Source: Candidatus Woesearchaeota archaeon (GTDB lineage: Archaea; Nanobdellota; Nanobdellia; SCGC-AAA011-G17; PNOQ01). From it: 64,000 nt of DNA. The stretch is from positions 11,803-75,802 of the forward strand of contig JAGWAE010000002.1 of the NCBI GenBank assembly GCA_018302135.1, given 5' to 3'. Position numbers and translations under genes: made by a program. A model generated the notes under the pieces. It made no database searches. It saw only the letters and a program-made list of their open reading frames with translations, and was not told the origin of the DNA. Below, piece after piece: positions 17,953 through 28,625 of this stretch; the first letter of the stretch is position 1; each line of letters starts with the position of its first letter.

Positions 17953-18498
17953 ATGGATGTTGATAGATGTATACAAACAAGAAGGTCCGTGAGAAAATAT
18001 TTATCAAAAAAAATTAGTTGGGACAAATTAAAAGAGATATTAGACTCTGCTAGATATGCACCTAGCGCAGGTAATCTTCAAAATTGGAGATTTATAGTTG
18101 TTCAAGATTCAGATTTGAAAAAAAGAATTTCTCAATTGTGTTCTGATCAAACCTGGATTAATGGGGTGCCAGTATTAATTGTTGTTTGTAGTTATGATAA
18201 AGATTTAAAAATTATGTACAGAGAAAAGTCTGAAACGTTTTCTATACAAAATACTGCTGCAGCAATAGAAAATATGTTATTAAAGGCTAATTCATTAAGC
18301 ATAGATAGTTGTTGGGTTGGTTCTTATAATGAAGATAGAATAAAAAGTATATTAAAAATACCAAATGAAGTTAGAATGGACGCTATTATTACTTTTGGTT
18401 ATGGTGCAGAAAAAGAAGAAATGCCGAAAAGAATAGATTTAAGAAATATTGTTTTTTATGAAGAATGGGGAGATTCTGGTAAACCTAAATCTTATTAA
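17953..18498 (+). CDS. Nitroreductase family protein
   Basis: RRSVRKY, APSAGNLQNWRF and ENMLL.A....SCWVG. Confidence 0.9.
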   Translation: MDVDRCIQTRRSVRKYLSKKISWDKLKEILDSARYAPSAGNLQNWRFIVVQDSDLKKRISQLCSDQTWINGVPVLIVVCSYDKDLKIMYREKSETFSIQNTAAAIENMLLKANSLSIDSCWVGSYNEDRIKSILKIPNEVRMDAIITFGYGAEKEEMPKRIDLRNIVFYEEWGDSGKPKSY

Positions 18499-18929
18499 CG
18501 TTTTCCTGTTGAACCAAAACCACCAATTCCACGTTGACTAGGAAATAATTCTTCAACTTCCATGATTTCTGCTATTTCATGTTTTGCTATTACCATCTGT
18601 GCAATTTTATCTCCTTTTTTTATTTCAAAGTCTTCATCACCGTGATTTATTATTACAATTCCTAGTTCTCCACGATAGCCAGAATCGATTGTTGCTGGAG
18701 AGTTTAAAACTGTAATTCTGTTTTTTAAAGCTAAACCAGACCTAGGTCTAATTTGTGCTTCAAAACCCATCGGTAATTCCATTTGTAAACCTGTTTTTAC
18801 TAAAATATGGTCACCTGGATTAATTACATAATCTTCTACTGAATGTAAATCTAAACCTGCATCACCATAATTCGCGTACTTCGGAATTACTGCATCCGGA
18901 TGTATTTTTTTTATTTTTAAAAGCATCAT
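18495..18929 (-). CDS. dut: dUTP diphosphatase
   Basis: AGLDL, RPRSGLA, TIDSGYRGE, KIAQ and RGIGGFGSTG. Confidence 0.95.
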   Translation of the reverse strand: MMLLKIKKIHPDAVIPKYANYGDAGLDLHSVEDYVINPGDHILVKTGLQMELPMGFEAQIRPRSGLALKNRITVLNSPATIDSGYRGELGIVIINHGDEDFEIKKGDKIAQMVIAKHEIAEIMEVEELFPSQRGIGGFGSTGKR

Positions 18930-21844
18930 ACTGCACAACCTCCTACTGTTCTACCACAATTGATACATTTTTTACATTTTCCATTAAGTATTAGTTGACC
19001 ACCACAGTCACAAGTATCTCCTGTAGTGGTAAGTCTGTGAATTCTTTTAGGCATATTAGCATTTGGGTCTTCAGGTTGTCTTAATTCTTTATCAAATTCA
19101 CGCATGTCTTCTATAGTTTCCAATCCCATCTTCCTGTTTATTTCTGCGATTGAATCAAAATAAATTTGTGATCTTCTTTCTTCCTTAACCCGGTTCAACC
19201 TTAATTCCCTCTCTTTTTGAGCAGAAAGTCTAAAATTGTAATCCCCAGTTAATTCTTTATACTTTTCTACGCCCAAATATTCTAAAACTAAACTTTTAAA
19301 CATCCAATCTTCTAGAGAAGTACATGACCTTATTAATGAATCGGTTGTTGCACCAGAAATATCTGTTTTGGTATTAATGTATTTCTTTGCAAAGGCTACT
19401 AGTGGGACTCCAGTTTTCAAACCTTCGGATAAAGCGATACCGAAGTTATCATAATTTGTTCTTAACTGCGAACCTTGTTTGGATATTTGAACTCTGATCT
19501 CTCCAAGATCTCCGTCGGGATATTCGCCAGTAATTAGATGAACTCTGTATTCTAAACCAGTACCTGTATTTATTGTTGTAACTCTTGTTAGAGCTTCTCT
19601 TCTTTCATCAAGCGGTATTTTCTGGCCCCTTAATAGTTTCTCCTCTTCTTTTTTGGATTCGTCAAATAAAGGTTGATATAATTTTGAACCATCTCTATAA
19701 ATAGCTAGAGCTTTTAGTCCTTGTTTCCATCCTTCAACATAAAGATTAAATATTTCTTCTATGCTTGCGCTCGCTGGAACATTAACAGTTTTTGAAATTG
19801 CTCCTGATAAAAAAGGTTGAGTGGCAGCCATCATTTTTATGTGAGCCATTGGTTCTAAAAATCTTGTACCATTATTAGGTTTATTTGCTGTATCAAATAC
19901 TGGATAGTGCTCTTTTTTTAAATGTGGAGCGTTTTCTACATGATTATTAGATAGTATATAATTTTTTATGTCTTTAATTTGGTCAGGAGAGTAACCTAAT
20001 TTTGTTAATGCTTCTCCAACAGATTGATTCACTATTTTTTCTATTCCTCCCCCAACTAAGTTTTTATATTTTACTAATATTAAATCGGGTTCTATTCCAG
20101 TTGTATCACAATCCATTAAAAATCCAATTGTACCAGTTGGAGCTAGTAAAGTTCCTTGAGCATTTCTAAATCCATATTCGGTTCCAGATTCAACAACTTC
20201 ATTCCATATTTTTTTACCTTCTGTTACTAATTCTTCTAGATTCATTCCGCCATTTGGACGAGATTTTAATTTGCTTGCTGCGGTTCTGTGTAAATTCATA
20301 ACCTCTAGGAATGGCTCTTTATTTTTTTCGAATTCTTTGAATGGACCTTTTCTTTTTGCAAGTCTTGCAGACTGTTCGTAAACTGTGCCTGCCATAATAG
20401 ATGTTATTGCAGCGGCTATTTCTCTACTATAATCACTATTGTAATCAAGTCCAGCAGACATTAGTAATGCACCAAGGTTTGCATAGCCTACCCCCAATGG
20501 TCTAAATCTATGACTATTCTCTGCGATTCTTGAGCCAGGATAACCTGCATAGTCTACTATAATCTCTTGAGCAATTGTTGCAATTCTTGCTGCATGTTCA
20601 AAAGATTCAATATCAAATCTTCCATTTCTAACAAATTTTTTTAAGTTTAATGATCCTAAATTACATGCAGAGTCATCTAAAAACATATATTCTGAACATG
20701 GATTAGAACTATTTATTCTGCCAGAATTTTTTACTGGATTAAACATATTAATTATGGTGTCATATTGTAAACCTGGATCACCAGATATGTGTGTTGCTGC
20801 AGCAACCATAATCATAAATTGCTCTGCGGGGATAGTATGTCTTACTTGCCCAGATTTTCTTTCTGTTAGTTCTATATTTCCTTTATTCATAACTGCATAC
20901 ATAAAATTATCATCAACTCTAACTGAATTATTCGAATTCTGACCGGAAACATATTTATAGGCGTCTTGAGGAGAATAAAGACCAGACGCAACTAACGCTC
21001 TTACTTGTTTTTCAGATTCTACTTTCCATTGAATAAAATCTAAAACTTCTGGGTGGGTATAATGTTGAATAACCATTTTAGCGGCTCGTCTAGTAATACC
21101 ACCAGACTTTACCACGTTAGCAATTTGGTCACTTACTAGAGCAAAAGATTGAGCGCCACTACTGTATCCTCCGCCTGAAAGTTTTTCCAAGATAGATCTT
21201 AGTCTTTCTAAATTAACTCCGGAGCCAGAACCGAATTTGAATAATCTTGTTTCGGTATTCCACCAATCAGTTATGCTATTCTCTCCAAAAAGCTTATCTT
21301 CTAAACCTAAAATAAAACAAGCAGAACACTGCGGATGAGAATATTCTTCAGTTGTTTTTTCAACTTGCCCTGTTGTTTCATTAAAATAAAACAATCCGTT
21401 TTCCTGACTACCTTTTATTCCATAAATATCCCCTTTTCCTGCATTGAACCATGTAGGTGAATTCGGTGAATACATTTGGTTTAAAACCATAAAAGAAAGT
21501 TCTTCTTGGAAAGTATTTGCTTCTTCTTCAGATCTGAAATAACCATTTGATTGACCATAATTTCTTAATGAAGTTGCAACACGACCAACCATTTGTTTCA
21601 TATCTTTTTCTTCACCAGTTTCTGGGACACCTTCTCTCGCAAAATATTTACTTGCAACTATATTAACAGCTAAATCAGAATAACCTACTGGAAAAACTAC
21701 GCCTTCTTTTTGATATATTATCTCACCGGTGTTTAAATCTTTAATCTCTGCTTTTCTTGGTTGATATTGGAACATGTCGAAGGCTCTTCTTTCTGGTTGT
21801 GTGTAAAGTCTTTCTACTAATGTATCTTTAGACTCATAGACCAT
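18926..21844 (-). CDS. nrdJ: Class II (adenosylcobalamin-dependent) ribonucleotide reductase
   Basis: PNSPTWFN, QCSACFI, SNPCSEY, ACNLGSLNL, APTGTI, GAISKTVN and YRDGSK motifs, plus a C-terminal Cys-rich tail. Confidence 0.95.
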   Translation of the reverse strand: MVYESKDTLVERLYTQPERRAFDMFQYQPRKAEIKDLNTGEIIYQKEGVVFPVGYSDLAVNIVASKYFAREGVPETGEEKDMKQMVGRVATSLRNYGQSNGYFRSEEEANTFQEELSFMVLNQMYSPNSPTWFNAGKGDIYGIKGSQENGLFYFNETTGQVEKTTEEYSHPQCSACFILGLEDKLFGENSITDWWNTETRLFKFGSGSGVNLERLRSILEKLSGGGYSSGAQSFALVSDQIANVVKSGGITRRAAKMVIQHYTHPEVLDFIQWKVESEKQVRALVASGLYSPQDAYKYVSGQNSNNSVRVDDNFMYAVMNKGNIELTERKSGQVRHTIPAEQFMIMVAAATHISGDPGLQYDTIINMFNPVKNSGRINSSNPCSEYMFLDDSACNLGSLNLKKFVRNGRFDIESFEHAARIATIAQEIIVDYAGYPGSRIAENSHRFRPLGVGYANLGALLMSAGLDYNSDYSREIAAAITSIMAGTVYEQSARLAKRKGPFKEFEKNKEPFLEVMNLHRTAASKLKSRPNGGMNLEELVTEGKKIWNEVVESGTEYGFRNAQGTLLAPTGTIGFLMDCDTTGIEPDLILVKYKNLVGGGIEKIVNQSVGEALTKLGYSPDQIKDIKNYILSNNHVENAPHLKKEHYPVFDTANKPNNGTRFLEPMAHIKMMAATQPFLSGAISKTVNVPASASIEEIFNLYVEGWKQGLKALAIYRDGSKLYQPLFDESKKEEEKLLRGQKIPLDERREALTRVTTINTGTGLEYRVHLITGEYPDGDLGEIRVQISKQGSQLRTNYDNFGIALSEGLKTGVPLVAFAKKYINTKTDISGATTDSLIRSCTSLEDWMFKSLVLEYLGVEKYKELTGDYNFRLSAQKERELRLNRVKEERRSQIYFDSIAEINRKMGLETIEDMREFDKELRQPEDPNANMPKRIHRLTTTGDTCDCGGQLILNGKCKKCINCGRTVGGCAV

Positions 21845-22296
21845 TATTTTCCACCCTTCAACGATTTTATTAACTCTTCAAAAGATTTAACATCAGCAAA
21901 GTCTTTGTAAACAGATGCAAATCTTACATAAGCAACTTTGTCTAATTGTTTTAATTTTTCCATTACTAACTCACCTACAATTTGTGAGTGAATTTCTTCA
22001 GTATCATTACTTCTTATTTCTGTTTCAATTTCTCTAACTGCTTGATTTATTTGTTCAGTTGTAACTGGACGTTTTTCACATGCTTTTAAAATTCCGTTTA
22101 AAACTTTAAGTCTATCAAATTGTTCACGTTCACCGGATTTTTTAACAACTCTTATTCCAGTGGTTTCTATTTTTTCATAAGTTGTGAATCTTTTTTCACA
22201 TTTCAAACATTCACGCCTTCTTCTTATTGTATCATTAGAATGGGTCCTTTTATCAATAACTTTCAATTCCAGATGATCACAGAATGGGCACCTCAT
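21844..22296 (-). CDS. nrdR: Transcriptional repressor NrdR
   Basis: MRCPFC...IRRRRECLKCEKRFTTYE zinc ribbon, ATP-cone and VAYVRFASVY. Confidence 0.95.
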   Translation of the reverse strand: MRCPFCDHLELKVIDKRTHSNDTIRRRRECLKCEKRFTTYEKIETTGIRVVKKSGEREQFDRLKVLNGILKACEKRPVTTEQINQAVREIETEIRSNDTEEIHSQIVGELVMEKLKQLDKVAYVRFASVYKDFADVKSFEELIKSLKGGK

Positions 22297-22298
22297 TT

Positions 22299-22347
22299 TC
22301 ACAACATATTGTGTATTTTTCTTCCTAACATACACAACCTGTTGAGT
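22299..22347. promoter_or_regulatory. Tandem NrdR boxes
   Basis: TCACAACATATTGTGT (22299-22314) and ACACAACCTGTTGAGT (22332-22347) resemble the acaCwAtATaTwGtg consensus. They lie 33 bp apart, between the TATA box (~22363-22372) and the nrdR start. Confidence 0.7.
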
Positions 22348-22441
22348 TTTAGAGAAATACCCTATATAAATATTTGTTTACTAAAACTGTAGTTTTGAGA
22401 GAGATATTTCAGAAAATTTATTTCAAAAAAAATAAAGAAGA

Positions 22442-22460
22442 GACGAGGCATGGCCTCGCC
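22442..22460 (-). terminator. GC-rich hairpin plus T-tract downstream of ftsZ
   Basis: Minus strand GGCGAGGC-CAT-GCCTCGTC followed by TCTTCTTTATTTTTTTT. Confidence 0.55.
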
Positions 22461-22526
22461 TTTCCTAAAAATTCCAAGTAGTGAGTTAACACTTTTTTGT
22501 GGGGGTTAAAGAATAATTTAACCCTA

Positions 22527-23606
22527 CTACCTGATCATGTCAATGCCTAGTTCATGGCTCATCTTTGTAGATTCTTTAGCTTTTTCTCTAGCTCTATCTA
22601 TTTTTCCAAGAACATATGGCGAAGTAACTCCTGTAATGATTGTCATTACCCTTACTTTACCCTCAAACTTTGGATCAATTCTTGCTCCCCATATAACAAG
22701 TGCATCTGCATCTAATGATGAACTTACTACATTACCTACTTTTTCTACTTCTTCAAGTAATAAATCATCTCCACCTGTAATGTGGATTAAAGCACCTGTT
22801 GCACCCTCATAGGTAACGTCCAATAATGGGTTAGATAATGCTCTTTTTACAGCTTCTTCTGCTCTTCTTTCAGATCCAGCTTCACCAATACCAATAACTG
22901 AAACTCCACCACCAGACATTATTGTTTTAACATCTGCATAGTCTAAGTTTACTAAACTTGGTACTGCGATTGTTTCTACTATTCCTTTGATCATTGTTGA
23001 AAGTAATTCGTTAGCAACTGCAAAAGCTTGTTGTAAAGGTAGCTGACCTGCAATTCTACATAATCTGTTGTTGTCCATAACGATAACTGTATCACAAACT
23101 TGTCTTAGTTGTTGTAAACCAAATTCAGCTTTGTCACATCTTGCTTTTTCAATGTTGAATGGCATTGTAACTGTTGCAATAACAATGGCTCCGCCTTCTT
23201 TTGCTATTTGAGCTACAACTGGAGCGGCACCTGTACCTGTACCTCCACCCATACCAGCACAAACAAATATCATGTCTGCACCTTTGATTACTTCTCTTAA
23301 TTCTTGTATGCTTTCTTTTGCGGATTCCTTACCTCTTTCCGGCATACCACCACAACCTAAACCTCTTGTTAAGTCTCTACCTAACAAAATTTTTCTCTCA
23401 GCGTGTGAGATGTCTAAGTGTTGTTTGTCTGTATTACAGATTATGACTTCTGCACCTGTAATTCCCTTCTTGTATAACCAAGAAGCGATGTTGGATCCTG
23501 CTCCTCCACATCCTATTACTTTCATATTTGCGTTTCCAATTTTCAAGTCTTCTTCCGCATAATTACTTTCTGCGGTTTTTAATGCGTCTTGTATTATGAA
23601 TTCCAT
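22527..23606 (-). CDS. ftsZ: Cell division protein FtsZ
   Basis: GCGGAGSN, GMGGGTGTGAAP (tubulin signature) and NLDYADV (T7 loop). Start at MEFIIQD after a GGGGG SD. Confidence 0.95.
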   Translation of the reverse strand: MEFIIQDALKTAESNYAEEDLKIGNANMKVIGCGGAGSNIASWLYKKGITGAEVIICNTDKQHLDISHAERKILLGRDLTRGLGCGGMPERGKESAKESIQELREVIKGADMIFVCAGMGGGTGTGAAPVVAQIAKEGGAIVIATVTMPFNIEKARCDKAEFGLQQLRQVCDTVIVMDNNRLCRIAGQLPLQQAFAVANELLSTMIKGIVETIAVPSLVNLDYADVKTIMSGGGVSVIGIGEAGSERRAEEAVKRALSNPLLDVTYEGATGALIHITGGDDLLLEEVEKVGNVVSSSLDADALVIWGARIDPKFEGKVRVMTIITGVTSPYVLGKIDRAREKAKESTKMSHELGIDMIR

Positions 23607-23938
23607 TTTTTTTCCCCCTTGTTTTTGTATTCTCCACCATAACAATATTTATAAGGTGTGAATTAGTTTATTCTTCCTAAGAAAAAGTTGTTTATCGCCA
23701 AATGAACATGCTTTTCGATATAGACCAAAATAAGACCAAAGTTATACACGATTGTTTGATGCGCCAACACCAAGCAACGATTATTTTTTGTTTTGAATAG
23801 ACCTGAGTGACTTTCTTGAGTTATTAATATATAAATGTATTTAATATTCAATATATATTTTGAAATAAATGGTTCGACTTTTTATTTGGTTAAATTTTAT
23901 TAGATAGTTTTTTATATTTATTATAATAAATTAGTTTT

Positions 23939-25186
23939 ATGGACCTTGGTGATTATATAGAAGTCAGAACTGATTCTGAAGTTTTTAAAGGAACTTTAAT
24001 GCCAGATTCTTTGAGTAATAAATTGATTTTAAAGTTAGATTCTGGTTATAATATTGGAATTGATAAGAAAAAAATAAAAGAAAAAAAAGTTATAAAAGAA
24101 ATGGTACAAAAAGAAAGAAGACCAAACAAAATTAAGTTTTCTAAAGAGTTACCAACTATATTAATATTGCATACTGGCGGGACAATTGCTTCTAAAGTAA
24201 GTTATAAAACTGGTGGTGTAATAGCTAAGTTTAGTCCAGAAGAAATTTTAGAGCTTTTTCCAGAGATAAGTAATATTGCTAATATCAAAACCAAACTAAT
24301 TTCTAATATATTTTCTGAAGATATGGGATTTAAAGATTATAATAAGTTAGTTTTGCAAATTAAAAGGGAGTGTAAAAATGTTGAAGGTATTATAATAACT
24401 CATGGAACAGATACTATGCATTATACTTCTGCTGCTTTGAGCTTTATGTTGGAAAATTTAGGATTTCCTGTGATTTTAGTTGGATCTCAAAGAAGTTCGG
24501 ATAGAGGAAGTTCGGATGCAGCCTTAAATTTAGTTTGCGCAGCACAATTTATTGTAAAATCTAATTATGCTGGTGTTGCTATTTGCATGCATTCTAGTAT
24601 GAATGATGATAATTGTTATATTTTACCCGGGTTAAAGGTTAAAAAGTTGCATAGTTCAAGAAGAGATGCTTTTCAAACTGTGAATAGTAAGCCAATTGCT
24701 ACAGTTAATTTTAATGGTGAGATAAAATATATCAGTCATGATTTTATGAGAAAAGATAAAAGTAAAGAATTAGTAGTTAACTTGCTTAGCAAAAATCTTA
24801 AAATTGGTATTTTGAAAGTTCACCCAAATATGCATTATTCTGAAATTTCTAAATACAAGACTTTTGATGGATTGATAATAGAAGGAACTGGGCTAGGACA
24901 TGTTCCGATAAATGAAAATGTTAAAGTTTACAATGCTTTGAAAAGTTTAAATATTCCAATTGTAATGACTAGTCAAACTGTTTTTGGAAGAGTTAACTTA
25001 AATGTTTATTCAACTGGCAGAAAATTGCAAGAATTTGTTCTTTCTGGGTCTGATATGACTTCAGAAACTGCTTTTGTCAAACTTGCTTGGTTACTTAGCA
25101 ATAAGAAAGACGTTAAATTAATCTCTAGTAATTTGAAAGGTGAGATTAATGAAAGAATTTCTGATGAATTTTTGAAGGAATATTAG
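23939..25186 (+). CDS. gatD: Glu-tRNA(Gln) amidotransferase subunit D
   Basis: LKLDSGYNIG N-domain, HTGGTIAS, HGTDTMHY, GSQRSSDRGSSD and VYSTGR. Confidence 0.95.
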   Translation: MDLGDYIEVRTDSEVFKGTLMPDSLSNKLILKLDSGYNIGIDKKKIKEKKVIKEMVQKERRPNKIKFSKELPTILILHTGGTIASKVSYKTGGVIAKFSPEEILELFPEISNIANIKTKLISNIFSEDMGFKDYNKLVLQIKRECKNVEGIIITHGTDTMHYTSAALSFMLENLGFPVILVGSQRSSDRGSSDAALNLVCAAQFIVKSNYAGVAICMHSSMNDDNCYILPGLKVKKLHSSRRDAFQTVNSKPIATVNFNGEIKYISHDFMRKDKSKELVVNLLSKNLKIGILKVHPNMHYSEISKYKTFDGLIIEGTGLGHVPINENVKVYNALKSLNIPIVMTSQTVFGRVNLNVYSTGRKLQEFVLSGSDMTSETAFVKLAWLLSNKKDVKLISSNLKGEINERISDEFLKEY

Positions 25187-25959
25187 TTTTTGTAACCAAT
25201 TATCTTATACACTAGTTTAGCTGCTGTGTAATCAGATACTATATTATTTGAAGGACATAGTTCAACAATATCACAACCAACTACATTTCTTTTTTTGAAA
25301 ACTTCTTCTAATAAATCTGTGACTTGCTTGAATTGTAATCCATTTGGTTCTGGAGTTCCGACATCGGGCAAAACTGAAGGATCAAAAACATCTAAGTCTA
25401 TAGTAATGTAAACATTTTTCTTTAAAGTTTTAATTATTTTTTTTATATCAAAATTATTACCAAAGAAAGTGTTAATTTTATTCTTTTTTATGAAAGATAG
25501 TTCATCTTTGTCTAAACTTCTAACTCCAACTTGAGTTATATTTTTGTTAAATTCTGAAATTCTGTGCATAACACATGCATGATTTAGTTTTTTACCTTCA
25601 AAACTATCTTTTAAATCTGCATGAGCATCTAGTTGTAATATTGAAAGATCTTCTTGATTTAATCTTTTGATTAAAGGTAATGTTATTGTGTGTTCACCAC
25701 CTAAAGCAATAAGAAATTTATTTGTTTTTATATTTTCTAATTTTTTTAAGTCTATTATTGGTTTTAATGTTGCTATACCTATAATATAAGGTTCTAATTT
25801 TAGTTCATAATCGTATAATTCTAGTTCATTTGATGCCTTTAATATTGCATTTGGACCATTTATTGTTCCTTTTTTGTATGAAGTTGTTTTTTCGTAAGGA
25901 ACTGGAAGTATTAATATCTTAGATTCTGCAAAATTTGGTAGATTCATGAATGTTTCCAT
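25183..25959 (-). CDS. speB: Agmatinase (ureohydrolase family)
   Basis: GGEHTIT, DAHADL and DLDVFDPS..P..GTPEP.G. Confidence 0.9.
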   Translation of the reverse strand: METFMNLPNFAESKILILPVPYEKTTSYKKGTINGPNAILKASNELELYDYELKLEPYIIGIATLKPIIDLKKLENIKTNKFLIALGGEHTITLPLIKRLNQEDLSILQLDAHADLKDSFEGKKLNHACVMHRISEFNKNITQVGVRSLDKDELSFIKKNKINTFFGNNFDIKKIIKTLKKNVYITIDLDVFDPSVLPDVGTPEPNGLQFKQVTDLLEEVFKKRNVVGCDIVELCPSNNIVSDYTAAKLVYKIIGYKN

Positions 25960-26059
25960 GTTTTTCGTTAGTCTTATTTGTTTTAAATAACTTTTGGTTT
26001 TATCAACACTCCCAAGTGATTACAACAGAAAGATTTATAAATCATTATTTTGGGTTAAA

Positions 26060-26710
26060 AATATGACACTTACAAATATTTTAATGGAAATGGGTATTGA
26101 TAAAAGTAGAGCTGAGACTGCTAAAATTCCTGAAGGAAGATTTTATGATGTTTTTGGTGAATTAGAAATTTTGCTGGGCGGAACAGAACATGGTTTTGAA
26201 CATGCTTTAGATGTATTTAGTAATGGTGAGATCTTAGATTATCATCAAGTTAAGTTAGATGAATATCTTAAACTTGCTAGAATTGTAGCGGGCAAGATAG
26301 GTTATAATGTTAATCAAAGACAAATATTTTATTCTGTAGACTCTTTGAAAAATTATCTGGATGGACCACAAGAACAAAAATTGGATTTTTCTAGATTGAG
26401 AATCGAAAGATATAGGATTTTACATAATAACCCTCAATCAATAAGATATCTTAGAGAGTTAATTAAATCTAATGAATTAACAACAGGGGATCATGAGCAT
26501 TGGAAGAAAGAAAGGAGTATGTGTGACGGCGGAGCAAGAGGAGTAGATATTTGCAAGGATATAGGTCGACAAATTAATAAGATATATGATGATTTAGGTT
26601 TGCCTAGACCAGGAATTGTAATTAATCACGGTCAAAGAAGAATAATAATAAATGAAGAAACAAGAGAACTGCTTAGACAAATAAAGAATTATAAAGAACA
26701 AAATTTATAA
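26060..26710 (+). CDS. Hypothetical protein
   Basis: Long ORF. ATG at 26060 lies downstream of a TTTATAAA box. No recognisable motif. Confidence 0.6.
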   Translation, partial: NMTLTNILMEMGIDKSRAETAKIPEGRFYDVFGELEILLGGTEHGFEHALDVFSNGEILDYHQVKLDEYLKLARIVAGKIGYNVNQRQIFYSVDSLKNYLDGPQEQKLDFSRLRIERYRILHNNPQSIRYLRELIKSNELTTGDHEHWKKERSMCDGGARGVDICKDIGRQINKIYDDLGLPRPGIVINHGQRRIIINEETRELLRQIKNYKEQNL

Positions 26711-26732
26711 ATAAGCTAGAATTTTTCGACTG

Positions 26733-27317
26733 ATGTTAGTTGCTTTTGATGTTGATGATACACTTGCAAAATTTAATATTCCGTTGTTAAACGTGTATAA
26801 CGCTATAGATGGAACTAATTACACTTCTAGAGATATTAAAAGTTATAATTTAGAAATGCTTTGGGGGTGTACTAAAGAAGAAGCAATACAAAGAATACAA
26901 TATTTTTACAAAACTCATGAATTTGGAAGAATAGTTCCTGTTGAAGGTTCACAAGAGGCTGTTGAAAAATTAAGCAAAGAAAATCAATTAATAGTTATTA
27001 CTTCTAGATTGAGTAGTGTTAGCAGAAAAACTGAAGAATGGTTAGATAAATATTTTTCTGGCAAATTTTCTGATATTTATTACACTAGTGAATGGCATTC
27101 GGCCAATGGTGGAAGTGGAAAAAAAGCAGATATATGTAGAGATAAGAAAGTTGATATTATTATTGATGATTGTTTGGAATATATTTTAGCTTGTCAGAAT
27201 GTTGGAACGAGAGGAATATTATTTGACTTAAATGGTGAATATGGTTGGAATAAAACAGAAGAAGAAATTAAAAGAGTTCTTAATTGGGAAGAAGTTCTTA
27301 AAAAAATAAAAAAATAA
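26733..27317 (+). CDS. HAD-family 5'(3')-deoxyribonucleotidase-like protein
   Basis: DVDDTL (motif I), ITSR and K.....IIIDD. Confidence 0.85.
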   Translation: MLVAFDVDDTLAKFNIPLLNVYNAIDGTNYTSRDIKSYNLEMLWGCTKEEAIQRIQYFYKTHEFGRIVPVEGSQEAVEKLSKENQLIVITSRLSSVSRKTEEWLDKYFSGKFSDIYYTSEWHSANGGSGKKADICRDKKVDIIIDDCLEYILACQNVGTRGILFDLNGEYGWNKTEEEIKRVLNWEEVLKKIKK

Positions 27318-27325
27318 AGAATTTT

Positions 27326-27523
27326 TTATTTTTTATTCAAGTAGAATATCATGTATATTGCTGATAAACCAACTAGAATATAAACTATATCTCTAACTAT
27401 TGTTACTGAACCTAAAATTGCTTGTACTAAGTCGAATTTGAATAAACCGACTAATCCCCAATTTAGGCCACCAATTATGACTAGAATTAATGCTATCCAG
27501 TCTAATCCGCTTTTATTTGCCAT
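27326..27523 (-). CDS. DUF378 membrane protein
   Basis: LVIIGGLNWGLVG.F.FDLV...VYILVGLSA. Confidence 0.9.
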   Translation of the reverse strand: MANKSGLDWIALILVIIGGLNWGLVGLFKFDLVQAILGSVTIVRDIVYILVGLSAIYMIFYLNKK

Positions 27524-27635
27524 CTAAACTACCTCCTTTTTTCGAGCAAAAGCTCTATTATTTTCTAGAATTATAGTTATTTAAAGATTGCTATTAAATC
27601 ACAAGTTTTAAAAGTATATTTTTTACTCTAAACGT

Positions 27636-28571
27636 ATGGAATTTGTTAAAGATTTGAGATGGAAGAAAGGAATGCAAGTAGATGAGCTAGTTAGTAGTTT
27701 GGGTAAGGTAGGATTTCAAAGTATTGAACTAAAAAAAGCTCAAGAAAACATTGTTAAGATGAAAAAAGATGGAGCTAAGGTTTATTTAACATTTACTTCC
27801 AATATGGTTACTTCTGGATTAAGAGGATTTTTTGCCCAATTAATAAAATTAAAAATTGTAGATGTTATAGTCACAACTATTGGTGGGATTGAAGAAGATA
27901 TAATGAAAGCACATGGTGAAAATTTTATAATCGGTGGGTTTGACACAGATGATATTGAATTACATGAAAAAGGAATAAATAGAGTGGGTAACTTGTTTAT
28001 TAGAAATGAGAGTTATTCTAAATTTGAAGATCTAATGAATCCTATTATTAAAAAATTATATGAAAAAAAGCATAGGTGGGCACCTTCTGAAATGTTTAAA
28101 GAAATTGGTTTAAGTTTAAAGGATGAAAATTCTATTTTATATCAAGCAGCTGAGAACAATGTACCAATATTTTGTCCTGCTGTAACTGATGGTGCATTTG
28201 GTTTTCATTTATTTATGTTCCAACAAAATAATCCTGATTTTATTGTAGATGTTGTAAAAGATTTTCAGAATATATTATTATCAACATCACAGGATGAGAA
28301 AAAAGGAATGATTAGTTTAGGTGGGAGTATTAGTAAACATCATGCAATACTAGCTTGTTTGTTAAATGGTGGGCTAGACTATGCTGTTTATATGACAACT
28401 GCAAGCCATTCTAGTGGAAGTATGTCTGGAGCTACAACTAAAGAAGCCAAAAGCTGGGGAAAAATTAAAGATGATTCCGATGCTGTGACTGTTATTGGAG
28501 ATGTTTCTATAACCTTTCCATTAGTTATGATTTCTGTTTTGGAAGAGTTGAGTAGAGAAGGATTAATTTAG
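27636..28571 (+). CDS. dys: Deoxyhypusine synthase family protein
   Basis: TSNMVTSGLR, GGIEED, INRVGN, GSMSGA and EAKSWGK (active Lys). Confidence 0.9.
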   Translation: MEFVKDLRWKKGMQVDELVSSLGKVGFQSIELKKAQENIVKMKKDGAKVYLTFTSNMVTSGLRGFFAQLIKLKIVDVIVTTIGGIEEDIMKAHGENFIIGGFDTDDIELHEKGINRVGNLFIRNESYSKFEDLMNPIIKKLYEKKHRWAPSEMFKEIGLSLKDENSILYQAAENNVPIFCPAVTDGAFGFHLFMFQQNNPDFIVDVVKDFQNILLSTSQDEKKGMISLGGSISKHHAILACLLNGGLDYAVYMTTASHSSGSMSGATTKEAKSWGKIKDDSDAVTVIGDVSITFPLVMISVLEELSREGLI

Positions 28572-28625
28572 TGTTAGTGGTAACAATTAGTAAGATTTAT
28601 AAATCTCTTTGTGTTTCAACTAATT

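Noticed and set aside
18926-21844. Possible intein in the long NrdJ
   Set aside because: The usual insertion sites (SNPCSEY, APTGTI) are uninterrupted, and no LAGLIDADG or HN-C/S junction is seen. The length is explained by the C-terminal domain.
23663-23851. 62-aa ORF upstream of ftsZ (cdrS-like?)
   Set aside because: It has no ribbon-helix-helix pattern, overlaps AT-rich promoter sequence and has no SD. The short AGACCAAA direct repeat there is too weak to call.
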